This document shows, piece by piece, positions 14,060 to 28,047 of a DNA stretch of 64,000 nt (within the stretch, counting starts at the first letter, position 1; every line of letters begins with the position of its first letter). Both the position numbers and the translations under genes were made by a program. The stretch lies in contig OZ024741.1 in assembly GCA_964016885.1 (NCBI GenBank), positions 225,184,001 to 225,248,000 of the forward strand. Reading direction: 5' to 3'. The stretch is from Eledone cirrhosa. Lineage: Eukaryota. The notes below the pieces were generated by a model that was not told the origin of the DNA, did not search any database, and saw nothing but the letters and a program-made list of their open reading frames with translations.

Positions 14060-17000
14060 GGCGTTGTTTTTACCTGTCTGTAACCCTCTATAGAACGCTA
14101 AAGTGGTGTTCCCACCGATCGTACTATTCGATTGGTTGAGGACTGTGAGCGCTTGAAGACATTCCAGTTTCCGAGCGCTCCCTTTCGGTCTTCGCTAGAC
14201 TCACGACTACAGCTCTGTCAAGGAGACCAGCTGTGGAAATATGTGCCTAGCAAAGGCTACTTACACCACAGTCGAATAAAGTTGGAGATGACGTAACCTC
14301 AGCGCATATTTGCGCATAATTAACTAGAATATGCCCAATCCTCCACTCAACAAATCGACCGCCTGACCTTTGGCACGCGTCGCTTTCACAAAAAGCGAAA
14401 GAGTAGACGTTTCAGTACAGTCAGATGTGGACCATGACACGGCATGACGGTTAGTCGGTAGTAGATGACGGATGCGATGTTCACGTTCGTCACCTCTGCC
14501 AGACCTTTCAAGGATAGCTTCCTCTTAGTCAATTTCTCGGAGAGAGAGAGACCACCCTGTTCGTTACTTCATTCCAGTGTTTGTCCACCTGCAAGTCTGG
14601 ACCAAACTAGATCCTAAGCAATTTAAACGGTTCGTCCATCTAGCATGCGTCATATCTGCTAGTTTTACAAAGTTTTTTCGTGCGTCTAAGATACCGTTCC
14701 AGTCACCCACTAACAATAACGAGTGGATAGGTCTCAAGGCGCCTAAAGAAATCAGGCCTTCCTACACCTGTCGGGGCATAGACAACCACTAGCCTGAAAG
14801 CATACTTTTTGCTGTTGGTCATGTCCAGAAATACCAATTTACTTTCTGGGTCTAGGAAGATAGTTCGTATCATGAGATCCAAGCCTTTCCGAAACAACAG
14901 CGACTCCATCCTTAGATCTCGGACAATTTTGAGATGTTTACACCTCGTAACCGCCGAAAATGATTGTGAAGGCTCGTGCCTCGGAAATGTCTCTCTAATG
15001 ACCACTACATCTAAGTTCAGTGACCTGAGGTCGTTGAACAGGTGGTTTTGCTTCCAAGACGTCTTAAGGCCAGGTGCATTTATACTGCTGCTCTCAATTA
15101 AGGCCATGGTTATAAAAAGGAGAAAAAAGTGAGAATAACCACTTCCCCCAATTGGGGGCAGACAGGACAGTTTATTCGTTTCTCTGGCCAATTGTCGGAA
15201 CCTTCACAAGAATATCACTGTAAATCCGTTTGGAGATCGCCCCTCGGAAATTTTCCATTGCATCGGGGAATTCTTGTTTTAATTCAGTGTACTTGTGTGA
15301 ATTGTATTATCTGTATGTGGGTAGTCCGATTTTTTTTGAGTACTGTAATCGTTTTCTGTAATTGTGCCTTTATCATTTATGTGGTATATCAGTTTCTTTT
15401 TGTGTTTATGGCTGTGTGATTTGTACTGTATGTTTCTTTTTGTTGGGTTTGGGTTTGTTGTGTTTGGAATGTTGTTGGTGTCTGTAGTGTCCTTTCTGGT
15501 GTTGATGATGGCGGTGGTGAGGTTGAAGGTATTGATGGTGTTGATGGTGGTAGTAAAGGTGGTGGCGATAGTTGGGGGTGTTAAAGGCGTTGATGGTGTT
15601 GATGAGGATAGTAGTAGTGGTGGTGGTGATGGTTGGAAGTGTTAAAGGCGTTGATGGTGTTGATGGTGTTGATGGTGATAGTAGTGGTGGTGGTGATGGT
15701 TGGTTTATGTGGGTGTTGATGGTAATTTCCTCACGACTTTAACTTTTTCATTTTTTCTTTCGTTTTCGTTTTCTTTTTGACGGCGAAGACGGTTTTTTTC
15801 TTTTATTTTCTTGTTGCAGACGGCTTGCCATTCCGTGCCCTCGCCCCAACCCATGTCCACCATTATTATCTCGGGGAGGGGCATATCTTCCATGGGCGAT
15901 GGTGTTGTTGTTGGTGGTAGTGCTTGTGTAGCTGCCGTTAGTGTTATTGTCTCAGCTACTTTTGTTGTCACAGTTGCTGGTCTTGTTGGTTTTTACAGCT
16001 GCTGGTGCTGTTGTTGGTGTTCATGTTGTCACTGATGTTATTGTTGATGCTACTGTAGGTATGGCATACTGTTATTACTGTTCCTTTTGTTGGGGCCGCA
16101 GTGTTGGTAATAGCGATGGTCTCTTGTCTACTATCTATTGGGTGCAGAAGGCTCTTAGGTGGCTTGTGGCTCTACACAATATAGCATTTTGACTTTTTGC
16201 CTTTAATGATTATTCTCAGCTCCATCTTATTGGCGAGTTGTATTAAGACCGGAGGTTTTTCTATCTGTTCTGGCTTCATCTGGAACAGAATATCTAGGTT
16301 TATACCGAACAAATTTTGTCTTTCGTTGCGTTTGACTTCGAAGAGTGTGTTCGGATTCCTAAAGACAAAGCAGGTCAAGATCTAACAGATCCTTAGGCTT
16401 GGAGGAATACTCGATATCTACAGCCTGACAATTCTCCTTCAGAGGTAGATCGGATATAAGACAAACTCCTCAATCAAACGAGGGAACACCGAATGTTTTC
16501 GCATGATGTTTTCATTTTTGAAAAGGACCTCGACACTGGCAAACCGTCTTGCTCCTTATATGAGGGCCACATCTACCATTACGTTTTTAGAGTCTTCTTC
16601 GCATGAATGATAGTATCAGATTCGGTTCGCCAAGTCTGGAGGGATATACCTCGGTAGAGGCCGTTTTTTGGTCCATTCTGCCACTATTTCGAGTGTCACC
16701 ATTACTGTTGCTCTTCCACCTTCAAATTTTATGATCTTTTTGGCTTCAGCCAACTCAGAGTCTTTCTTTTTCAGTGTTAATGGAAGCATTTATTTTTTTA
16801 TATGTATTCTCGATGTATAGAGGTTTTTGTTGTTGTTGTTGCTTTTGCTGTCGTTGTTGTTGGTGTTCATGTTGTCGCTGATATTGTTTTTGTTGTTTAT
16901 GATGTTGCTATCATTCGTGTTAATGTTTTTTGTTGTAGTTGTTGGTGTTGGTACTAGTTTTGTTTTTTGTGTTAGTTTATTTTGTTGTTTTTGTGAATGT

Positions 17001-17340
17001 GACGGCGGAAAGTTGATTTCAGGCATTTCCCGTGAAGAGTTGTTGCTGCTGCGGCTGTCGTTTTTTAAAAAAAACTTTGGCTGTTCCATCTTGTGGAAAG
17101 CAAGTTGTTGATTTTAGGAAGAATCTTTCTCATTCGCCATGTCTAATAAAAAAAAAAATGTGGGGCCTGCTTGTGAAAAGAAACACAAATTTAGTTCTTA
17201 AGTAAGGGGGAAACCAATCAGCCTCTCAAAAAGATAGTTGGTATTGCCACAAAACAATATATGATGTTCAGACAAAATTGTTTAAAAAACATGTTTACAA
17301 ACAATGAAGTTACTCCGCCAATGTGTATCACGTCTCGAAA
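14060..17340 (-). mobile_element. Decayed, internally deleted Tx1/L1-type LINE (ORF1, APE endonuclease, RT C-terminal remnant)
   Basis: APE: INAPGL...LNLDVVVIRET...RLVVVYAP. RT tail RKLSLKG..EV...IASVIYYRLTV at ~14445-14530. Low-complexity ORF1 homologous to the copies at 43-46 kb and 55-57 kb. Confidence 0.8.
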
Positions 17341-17361
17341 GACCAAACAACAACAACAAGA

Positions 17362-17570
17362 GTTTTTGATTTAGGCTCAAGGCCAACAATTTTGTGCGAG
17401 GGGAAAATCGATTAAATCGACTCCAGTGCATTACCTGTGCTTTGTTTTATCAGCGCCGTAAGGATGTAAAGCAAATTTAACCTCGGCGGGATTTGAACAC
17501 CGAACGTAATAATAATCAAATGCCTCAAATTATTTTCTCCGACGCTCTAACAGTTCTGCCAATCCAATAG
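17362..17570 (-). mobile_element. SINE family A
   Basis: Homologous to 13427-13640. Confidence 0.8.
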
Positions 17571-17639
17571 CAAACATTTCTGTTGTTTATCCAAGACCAT
17601 AGCTCCACCGGGAATATACATTATATTATATTGACTCTG

Positions 17640-17800
17640 AAGGCGGCGAATTGGCAGAATCGTTAGAACGTTGGATAGAATGCTTTATAGTATTCGTTCC
17701 GTTTCTTTGCACACTGAATTTAAATCCCGCCGAGGTCAACTTTACCTTTCATCCTTTCGAGGTCGATAAAAAAGTACCAGTCTTGTACTGGGGTCGATTT
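17640..17800 (+). mobile_element. SINE family A
   Basis: tRNA-like head TGGCAGAATCGTTAG followed by the CCTTTCATCCTTTCGAGGTCGATAAA core. Confidence 0.8.
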
Positions 17801-18032
17801 CTTCTCTAAATTTCTTTCTCATTTCCCTCTCTCTCACATTCTATCTTTCTCTGGAAGAAATCTGCTGTACTCAGGCCTGAAGAAGGATGGGCTCTGCCCA
17901 GCTTAAAATGACCAAGAAACGCCGGCACTCATACACACATACATTGAGCCTAGTAATTGTTTAGACAGGGAAACCTATATGTGGTGACTTGATCTGCTAG
18001 AAACCATAACCAAATATCCTTGAAATAAAATA

Positions 18033-18192
18033 ATTGTTTCTACTTTAGGCACAAGGCCAGCAATTACCCAGTGCATTAGTGGTACTTTATTTTATCGACC
18101 CCGTAAGGATGAAAGGCAAAGTCAACCTCGGCGGGATTTGAACTCAGATCGTAAAGGGACGTAACTATGCTGGAAAGCATGGCATCCGACCC
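18033..18192 (-). mobile_element. SINE family A (short-tail variant)
   Basis: Same core and tail. Flanked by the direct repeat ATCCTTGAAATAAAATAAT at ~18016 and ~18207, a likely TSD. Confidence 0.8.
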
Positions 18193-20125
18193 ATCCACCG
18201 CCTTCCATCCTTGAAATAAAATAATATCATCTTTAATGACAAGAAAATATATTGTTTAATATTTCACCGAAAATAAAACGAGAGGGACGTCTTTGATTGT
18301 AGTTTTGTTGAAACGGATAACAACTACAGCAACAAGAAAAGCAGTACCTCCATCACCATCACCACCGCCACCACCACCACCATCATCACCACCACCGTCA
18401 ACAGCAGCAGCTCCACCACCAGTAACAATAACAGCCGCAGATCCCACGACGACAACGATAACCATGACCACGACGACGATGACAACGACGACGACGACGA
18501 CGACGACCACCACCACCACTACCACCACCGCCATCACCACCGCCATCACCACCACCACGAACAACAAAAGTAACAACACCAACAACAGCAACAGACATTG
18601 ATATTTAGTCAAGCCAAAAATTGACAAGAGAATTCTAATCCCTTGTGATTTGAACTCTGAACATAATAGGAGAGAGAGCTTTACTGATTTCGTTAATCCA
18701 CTACCTTAATGGTAATAATAGTAATCAACAATAATAGTAATGAAGATAATGATTGTGGAGTTATCGATCGGCAAAACGACTAGCTATGTCACGCTGCCCA
18801 TCGATTACCTCATAGCATCGTTAGTTATTATACAAATTGACGAAATAATACGTGACGTCATCTTGCAGGCGGTTGACTCCATGACTTCTTTTTGTTAAAA
18901 CTCTTCCAGTTAAAATTCTTCTACTTGCTCTAAGCTGGAAACAGGAAGTATAGTTTCTTTCTATAAGATACAAATAGAGAATTTTTCTTATTATATTTTC
19001 TTTGGTTTGTTATGTGAAGGCATGCTTAAATTAGTAATTGTTATTTTAATTCGGGTTTAATATTTCATTGACCTTTAATCACAGCTACCAAAGCAGGAAT
19101 TGCATGTCTAGTTATTCCGAAAATTGCACGCTCATATTCTAAAATGTACAAAAGAAAAAATAGTAAATTTAGAATTTGAAGGATTGAATGTATAAACATG
19201 TCTTTGACAATTTCTCACATATGAAAACAAATTCTCTATTCCTGATATAGAGAAAGTTTGAATTAAGGCATCCAAATTTAAACAAAATTCTTTGGAAATT
19301 TAAATATTGCATTTTACATTTATCAGTGAGATACACGATATTATAAACAATCTGTCTTCCATCGGTTTCATCGATGAACATTTAACTGTTTAATCAACGG
19401 AAAGTCTTACTCGTTAAACAAGAGTGGAAGTGGTTGAGTATTTCACAGACTTATATACCCTTGAAGATAATTTGGAGGCAGAATCAAAGTGACACACTGA
19501 ATCACTCATAAAAGAGATCATCTGTTGGTATTTCACAGTTTCCATTTACCGAATTTCTCTCACAGTCCTGGTCTGACCTGGCCAGATTTTTGTGCACAGG
19601 TTCAGAAAACTCTTTTGCAAAGAACATATTTCAGGACGCTTTTATAAACTCTATTTTCTAAATCTGCGGGTGTACCATTAAAAAGTGTGTATGGAGAGGG
19701 GTCGGGGGACAGAAAGCAGTAGCCCTTTGGGTTTGTCTCTGAACGGTGGCTACAGTAAAAAAAAAATAACAGTTGGTCAAAGTTTGAGTTCACCAATGCT
19801 TTGTGAATGGAATTTGGTAGACAAAAAACATACATACATATATACACGAATATGTAATTACATACACACACACACACCCATCCATCTATATATATATATA
19901 TATATATTTCGTTTCTGAATTTGTTTAGCAAGATTCTTTATCTGAAATCGTGTGTTGAAACCGATATTGTTATACTTTGGGAGGGTCATGTTGCCAATAA
20001 GAAACACACGCACCAGTTGCTTTCACTTCAATTTATTATAATAAATTTATAAATTTAGGAATTTATAAATTTATAAATTTCTGGTTAGTTGGTTGGTTCC
20101 ACAACCAGATAGTTGTTTATATATT

Positions 20126-20168
20126 GTCAAAGTTCTTTCGTCACACATTCTGTGACCTCTTCAGTGAC
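20126..20168 (-). ncRNA. Minimal type I hammerhead in the pLTR
   Basis: GTCA-CTGAAGA-G-GTCACA-gaatg-TGTGAC-GAAAG-AA-CTT-TGAC. All stems pair, with predicted cleavage after CUU. Confidence 0.8.
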
Positions 20169-20371
20169 TGGGGATTCTTTTCTTTGTTTTTGTGCCTCTC
20201 CTTTGTTCTGTCCTACGCCATTTTGTTTCTGTGTGTGTGTGTTGTGGGCTCAGTCTGCGCATGCGCCACATCCGGGTGTCTGTGTGTGTTTATGTTCATT
20301 TATTTATTTGTTTATTTACATGTTACTGGTTGGTTGTTTGTTCTATGTGTGTGTGTGTTTTCATTTTGTCC

Positions 20372-20905
20372 TTAATTGTAAGTTGTGATGTTGCTGTTCC
20401 ACTCATATTTTCTATTTAATTTTGGTTGTAATTCTTTTATGTTTATTGCCTCTGTAATTTGTCTAAACATTGCGTCTTTTCTGTGTGTAGATTCTATTTT
20501 TATTTCTATGTCCTCTAATTTACCATTGTGTTCTATTTTAGCATGTTGGTAGAGTACAGATGATTCTTTATTATCTTGGAGGTCTCGCCAGTGTTCATTT
20601 ATCCGTTCCCCTACACTACGGGCTGTCTCACCTATGTACACTATATTTTTGTCTCTACATTGTCCTTCAGTACATCTTATGCTATACACTACATTTCTAG
20701 TTTTACAGTTAATATGGGGGCTTATTTTACAGGTTATACATTTCTTATCTATACATGAGGGTCTTTGAAAAGGGTATGTCTTGCTAATAAGTGTTTTTAC
20801 GGAGGTACCTGGTCTTTCTACTATCTTAATATTGAGTTTATGTTTATTTAGGGCCCTTCTAAATTTGTAAGCTAATTCATCTCTAGGGGTTGTATCGATG
20901 AACAT
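20372..20905 (-). CDS. PLE GIY-YIG endonuclease (C-terminal part)
   Basis: CIDKKCITC...C; VVYSIRC...VYIGETAR...EH...HAKIEH. Confidence 0.85.
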   Translation of the reverse strand: MFIDTTPRDELAYKFRRALNKHKLNIKIVERPGTSVKTLISKTYPFQRPSCIDKKCITCKISPHINCKTRNVVYSIRCTEGQCRDKNIVYIGETARSVGERINEHWRDLQDNKESSVLYQHAKIEHNGKLEDIEIKIESTHRKDAMFRQITEAINIKELQPKLNRKYEWNSNITTYN

Positions 20906-20986
20906 TACACTCTGGTATTTATTGCTATCATACCATGAGTTTATTCTATTAGCCTTGTTCCTAGTTCTTTCTATTCTATTCCAAAA

Positions 20987-22436
20987 TCAGCTCCTATACA
21001 AGGGGCAGGTCCCATTTATCTCATTATTTACCATTTTTTCCCATTTGGTTCTGGATCCTCTATACACTCTGATTTTATCTCTCTGGTTGTAGCCAGAGAA
21101 CTGCATACGGTGGATGAAGTGTTGTATGTATCTCTCTAGTTCTTCGGGGTTGCACATGCGGGACACATTTCTCATCACCCGTACCAAATCCGCAATCAGT
21201 ATGTTGATTTTGGTATGGTCCGAAATGGCCGAGTTTCGGTGGATCAGATGTTTGGAAGTCATGGGTTTGGCATAATGGGAATGGAGGATTTGTTTTTTGT
21301 TGTTAATGGTATCTAACCAGAGCTCTGTGTCTAGTACAGGTAATCGATGGTTGGGGTGTATACTTGGGTAGTCTATAGTAACTCTAATGCTCTGGGGGAT
21401 GGAGTTAGCTATTTGCTGGATGCTTTCCATTGTGTTTTTCTCTAGTTCCTGACTGTTCTCTAGAGGGGGTGTCTTAACTACGATGTTTATATCATCAACG
21501 TAGCGGGAGTACATTATCAGGGTTAAGGGGGCTTCTAATTGTTCTTTAAGTTTAAGTTTAAGTCTACTGTCCCACCATACCATGAATAAGTTAGCTATGT
21601 CGCCTGCAATGCTAACACCAATGGCTGCTCCTTCCTCTTGGGCATATGTTTTTCCATTAAATTTGAACATATGTTCCTTAAGGGTAATTTTTATGCTGGC
21701 CCCTACCGCATGTGCAATCATTTTCTTCAGTTCATCGTGATTTTCGGGTGTCCGTATGGCTCTGGTCCACCCGTTCCATCTATCTGTGTGAGTTTTCTTG
21801 GCCATTGAGGTAATGGTAGGGGGTCTGCCTCTTGCTGGTCTTGTAGGGCACAGGTTGCTAAGGTCATATGTGTCTAGGTAATTATTACTATAGGTAAGTT
21901 TAAGTAGGAGTCCCAGCTCACTGGTATCAATCCCACGGAACTCAACATTGCTCTCACTGATCATTTCCACGCATTTCTCCACAGCAAAATCCACGTCAAT
22001 GGATGGGTATAGGGATACTACATCCATACTACCTACTATACAGTCTGTTAGGTCCCTAGACAGGTTATTTCCGCTGATTCTGCTGAGGAGGTCCTCCGTG
22101 CTATCACATACATCTGGGGACATTTCAATGATGGGGCGTATGATCAGGGAGAGGAAGTAGGACAGTCTGTAGTTACTAGCAATGTTAGCTCCACAGACTG
22201 GCCGTGTTGGTGGTCCCGTGACAGGGTCACTGCCCGTTTTATGGTCTTTTCGAAGCCCATACAACGCCGGCACGTCATTGTTCCAGGCCTGGAAGTTGTT
22301 GGCAGTCCTTTTGTTGGGCTGCATTATATTCGTCCACACCACCATATGGGCATTGAGGGCTTTTTCTCTATCCTCATGCTCCTGTGGTGTTACCTCTCTT
22401 GTGTTAGTGATGTGGGGTTGCATTGCCTGGATGTAG
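20987..22436 (-). CDS. PLE reverse transcriptase; the first ~28 codons of the listed 510-aa ORF are read-through from the inverted pLTR
   Basis: LYGLRKDHK, TRPVC, SMDVVSLYPSID, GAAIG, YSRYVDD and LPVLD motifs. Confidence 0.9.
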
Positions 22437-22478
22437 TCACTGAAGAGGTCACAGAATGTGTGACGAAAGAACTTTGAC
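22436..22478 (+). ncRNA. Minimal type I hammerhead at the start of the inverted pLTR
   Basis: Identical motif to 20126-20168, on the opposite strand. Confidence 0.8.
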
Positions 22479-22828
22479 AATATATAAATAACTATCTGGT
22501 TGTGGAACCAACCAACCAACCAGAAATTTATAAATTTCTTATAATAAATTGAAGTGAAAGCAACTGGTGCGTGTGTTTCTTATTGGAAACATGACCCTCC
22601 CAAAGTATAACAATATATATATATATATATATATATATTAATATATATATACACACATATATTTATATATATATATATACACATATATACATATATATAC
22701 ATAAATACATGCATATATACATACATACATACGTTCATGCATACATACACTCATGCATACAATCATATATAAATACATTCATACATACACATAATTCATA
22801 CATTCATACATACACATAATCTCTCGTT

Positions 22829-22863
<35 letters not shown>

Positions 22864-23005
22864 TACAATTCAATGCAATATAAAATATATGAGGTGAATG
22901 TACACAAAAACCAAGACTATTAACAATTTATGTAACGCAACATTAAATACAAAACTATGTGTTTATATAAATATACAAACACGCATATTGTCTGTAAATA
23001 TATAT

Positions 23006-23044
<39 letters not shown>

Positions 23045-23057
23045 CATGTATGTAAGT

Positions 23058-23119
<62 letters not shown>

Positions 23120-23271
23120 AAAGTTATATTTATTTAATATCGTATATATATATATATATATATATAAATATATGTATATATATAAATATATATGTATATA
23201 TATATATGTATGAATATATATGTATATATTTATATCTATAAATATATATGTATATATATATATATACATGA

Positions 23272-23331
<60 letters not shown>

Positions 23332-23554
23332 CTGTAAACTGAAATATAAGTATAAGAATAATAGTGTTTTACTTGTCATAGAAAAACGTATTCATTAAAT
23401 AAATAATTAAATAAATAAAAGCATTTGAGACATGATACCGCAACAAACTTGAGTTCATACAAACATTACACGCATGCGCAGTCACACACACACACACATA
23501 CACACATAGACACTCATATATATAGAAAGAGAAATATGTACATATACTATATAC

Positions 23555-23596
<42 letters not shown>

Positions 23597-23761
23597 AACA
23601 CAAAATCTCTCTCTATATATATATATTAGAAAGTGAGGTTTTTTTACAAAATGAAAAATAACCGAGGTGTCCTACACGAGTGAAAGTATAAAGAAAAAAA
23701 GATGAAATCGAAATGCAACTGGAGTCTTATTTAAAAAAATATATATATATTTATTTGGTTC

Positions 23762-23797
23762 CTTTATCGGTTTCGCAGTTCTTCTGCTTTTCAAAAG
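23762..23797 (-). ncRNA. Minimal hammerhead, U3-A8 core variant
   Basis: Minus strand: CTT-TTGAAAA-GCAG-aagaa-CTGC-GAAAC-CG-ATA-AAG. One mismatch in stem III. Confidence 0.55.
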
Positions 23798-23952
23798 TAG
23801 AGTTGAGATGGAGGGTCTGTGGTTTTTCTCGCATCTGAATCTCTCTCTCTCTATATATATATGGAGATTTTGTGTTGTTTACTTTTAGCAGCTTGTATTG
23901 TTAAGCTTCACATTTCTTCTTTCGAATTGTCTAGGATTTTTCTTATACGTGA

Positions 23953-24016
<64 letters not shown>

Positions 24017-24025
24017 ATATATATA

Positions 24026-24072
<47 letters not shown>

Positions 24073-24165
24073 GTGTGCGTTTACAAATATAAACCCATAC
24101 ACATGCACTCAGATTATAAGAAAAGGCCTAGACAATTCAAAAGTAGTATGTGTGCGTGTAAATGA

Positions 24166-24937
<772 letters not shown>

Positions 24938-25248
24938 AACATACACACACATTCACATACATAGGCGTGCGCGTGTGCGTATAAGCACATCTGCGTATGG
25001 AAACTTGAACAAGTTTTTGCTTTGTTAGTATTTGAGGAATGAATCTAGTCTATTCTATTTGTAAATAGGACTCCACCTTATAAATTTCCGTTTTATATAC
25101 AAGCCAGCCACCGAACATCTGTCTTTGTGTAGTTTACACCATAGAAAGTAAGAGAACAGTTTATGGTTTTGTTGTCATGTTATCATTTTAGTTTATTCGA
25201 TTCTATTCTGTTTTCAAATCATATATACAGTTTAGGGTTATGGTTAGG

Positions 25249-25775
25249 GGCAGTATCGGTAGAGGGTCTGACGCCATGTTTTGCAGCAAAGAGTGACGGC
25301 TCTTGCCATTCTGAGTTCAAATCCCGCCGAGGTTAACTTTGCGGGGTCGATAAAATAAAGTACCAGTAATGTACTGGATAATTGCTGGCCTTGTGCCAAA
25401 AGTAGAAACAATTATATTGAAGCTACATAGGGCAGTGGATTGGCAGTATTGGTAGAGAGTCGGACGCCATGCTTTGCAGCATAGAGTTAAGGCCCTTTAT
25501 GATCTGAGTTCAAATCCCGCCGAGGTTAACTTTGCCTTTCATTATAACGGGATCACGGAGGTTAACTTTGCGGGGTTAACTGCCGAGGTTAACATTGCGG
25601 GGTCGATAAAATAAAGTACACTTAATGTACTAGGTAATTGCTGCCCTTGTGCCAAAAGTAGAAACAATTATAACGGGTTCGATAAAATAAAGCACCAGGA
25701 TCGTACTGGGGTCGATTTAATCGACTTTCCCTTTCCCCCAAATTATTGGCCTAGTGCCTATACTAGAAATCATTA
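25249..25775 (+). mobile_element. Tandem SINE family A cluster with internal duplications
   Basis: Heads at 25249 and 25441; repeated GAGGTTAACTTTGC and repeated tails. Confidence 0.82.
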
Positions 25776-26569
25776 TATTGAAGCTACAGATTTTTATAGG
25801 CATTCATATACTCACGATTACCACTATTTTATTTTACAATATATGCCGTTGTAACTGTCATATAACTGTCATGTATTCGTGTATTTTATACAGAACTTTG
25901 TGCACACATATACAGACACACACACAGACATGTATATATAAAAAGAAAAGAGATTAGCATACATGAGCAATGGTCACCGTTGGTGTTGCGAATGCAATTA
26001 AATATATGTAACTTCAAACGGAAGGTATGGACAGAACGAAAGAATACTATGACAATAGAAACACAGTGTCCCTTTTAACGTCTGAGGCTACATATATTTT
26101 TCTCACCACACCAATCCACTTCCGACACTAGGTGGAGGTGGACATAACGCAACTGATTAATGTACAACTAATGAATGCATTATGGTTTCACTGCAAAAGC
26201 AAGGATACAAGTTAAAGCATTGAAACATATCGTCTAGTAGACATCGTTTAAAATCTGTGTATCCGATAAATATATAAATCAATGTATATATATATATATA
26301 TATATAAATTTTGAGTATATGTTGGTTGTTTACCGACACCTCGGTATGCAGATTGGAGCACTCGACGAATTACGCAGGTTGGTTTGTTTACTCCGGAGTA
26401 ATGTAATATATATATGTAACAATACAAGGACAAATGGTTACTCCTTCATTACGTTTATTGGTTGGTGACGCGCGTTTTGATACTGATCAGCTCAAGGTTC
26501 GATCTGTATCGATCTAGCCCGACTCTGGAATCAAAAGCTCGTCGGACCTCTGTGGTAGTAATGTCCCTT

Positions 26570-26715
26570 TACGGTCTGAGTTCAAATTCCGCCGATGTTA
26601 GTTTTGCCTTTCATCCTTACGGGGTCGATAAAATAAAGCACCAGTAAGCACTAGGGTAGATTTAATCGACTTTCCCCGCCTTCAAATTGCTGGCCTTGTG
26701 CCTAAAGTAGAAACA
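26570..26715 (+). mobile_element. SINE family A (5'-truncated)
   Basis: B-box, core and tail are present. Confidence 0.8.
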
Positions 26716-27865
26716 GTTATTGTTTCTACTGTTCCCATTACTCCGTAAAAATGCTTTATTATATGATTAGATGATTTGTTTTCTAATGAAATACTAGATA
26801 ATTTGAAAATAATATTTTGGATACATTTTTACGATAGCTGATGGGAGGTTGCGAGTTCGTAATAGATTAATGTTTGATGGAAATTATTATGTGGTATTTC
26901 GATATGTATTAAAGTTCCATTAGGTTTTTTATAGGGGTCGTATTGGAAAGAAACAAAGTTAAAGATGGCGCCCAGAAAATAAACTATTTTAAAAAGTTAC
27001 TACTGACTATTATTTTAAAATTCAAATCTTTAAACAAATTGATAATCTATTATACCAAACTGGCCGAATCTATGTTTTTTCTTTCTTGTTGACGCTGTTA
27101 AACAGCCTGATAACTGAAACACGTTATTCAATAAATGTAAAAATCACAAACTAGAAAATTCTTCAGCTTTTGATGATTATGTCATAAAAAATTGCTCACA
27201 ATACTTAATCGATTTTGGTTGGGCTGATAAATTTCATGGATGATTGATTAGGAAATTAGTTTTGTGAAACCTTAAAGGCGATTATACGAATTTCATAGCG
27301 TTAATATTTAAGCTAGTTGCCATCTATTTCGGTTCTAAAAGTAGATGGAATCTAAAATAACGTTAATGATGTTTTGTGTTAATATTGTAACACTATTGGA
27401 TAGAAATTGTTGGGATATAAGTGTTTTTTAAATATTGTTTTTAAATTGATTTTCGCTGCGTTTTCAAGATTATTTGAAATTGGTATGCGAATATTTGAAA
27501 CGTATTCTTCTGAAAAAATTTTGAGTGTGTCTTCACTCCGGAGTTCACTCAGGAGTTCATACATCAAAGAAAGATATCAGGTTTAGATGTTCCCTTAACA
27601 GATATATTGCTGGCTCTCAACAGAACAACTAAGCGACTATCTGTACATGTGTGTTTCTATAGGCATGTGTATATATGTTTATATATATATACACACACTC
27701 ACTCACACACACACACACACGCACAAACACACACACACACACATATATATATTTCAAGAATAACAAAACTAACACAGAGAATCAAAATCATATTAGTTTC
27801 ACGCTTTGGAAGAAGTAAATAAGGGTTTCAAATTATCAGGTATAAGTCCTTCAGAAAATAGCAAG

Positions 27866-27902
<37 letters not shown>

Positions 27903-27911
27903 GAGTGGGTA

Positions 27912-28036
27912 ATATGAAAAGATTCAGGACCCCGATGGCTGAACTCCGGCCGTTTCGACAGCTAGATCCAAACTGTTCGTATCTAGCTGTCGAAACGGCC
28001 GGAGCTCAGCCGTCGTGGTCCTGAATCTTTTCATAT
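27912..28036. repeat. Fold-back related to 1629-1755, with the 3' half of a hammerhead
   Basis: Shares the GTAGAGTGGGTAATA flank and GAAACGGC...AGCCGTC. Arms are near-perfect reverse complements. Confidence 0.85.
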
Positions 28037-28047
28037 ATATATATACT

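Larger units (their letters stand above)
19906..22615 (-). mobile_element. 5'-truncated lineage-B PLE with a 3' pLTR and an inverted partial pLTR at its 5' end
   Basis: RT frame 20987-22436 and EN 20372-20905 on the minus strand. pLTR at 19906-20370 (minus) and inverted pLTR at 22435-22615 (plus). (TA)n on both sides. Confidence 0.93.

Noticed and set aside
17874-17930. CTGAAGA...GAAAC hammerhead-like core
   Set aside because: Stem II closure is unconvincing and no NUH triplet is correctly placed.
18256-18627. Pro/Thr-rich or Val/Gly-rich ORFs
   Set aside because: They come from compound trinucleotide repeats (CAC/GAC/CAA) and have no domain content.
25231-25250. TTAGGG-like telomeric motif
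   Set aside because: Only two to three degenerate units, not an array.
26720-27597. Possible DNA-transposon end (TTAA-flanked terminus at ~27590)
   Set aside because: No matching second TIR, TSD or transposase was found in the window.
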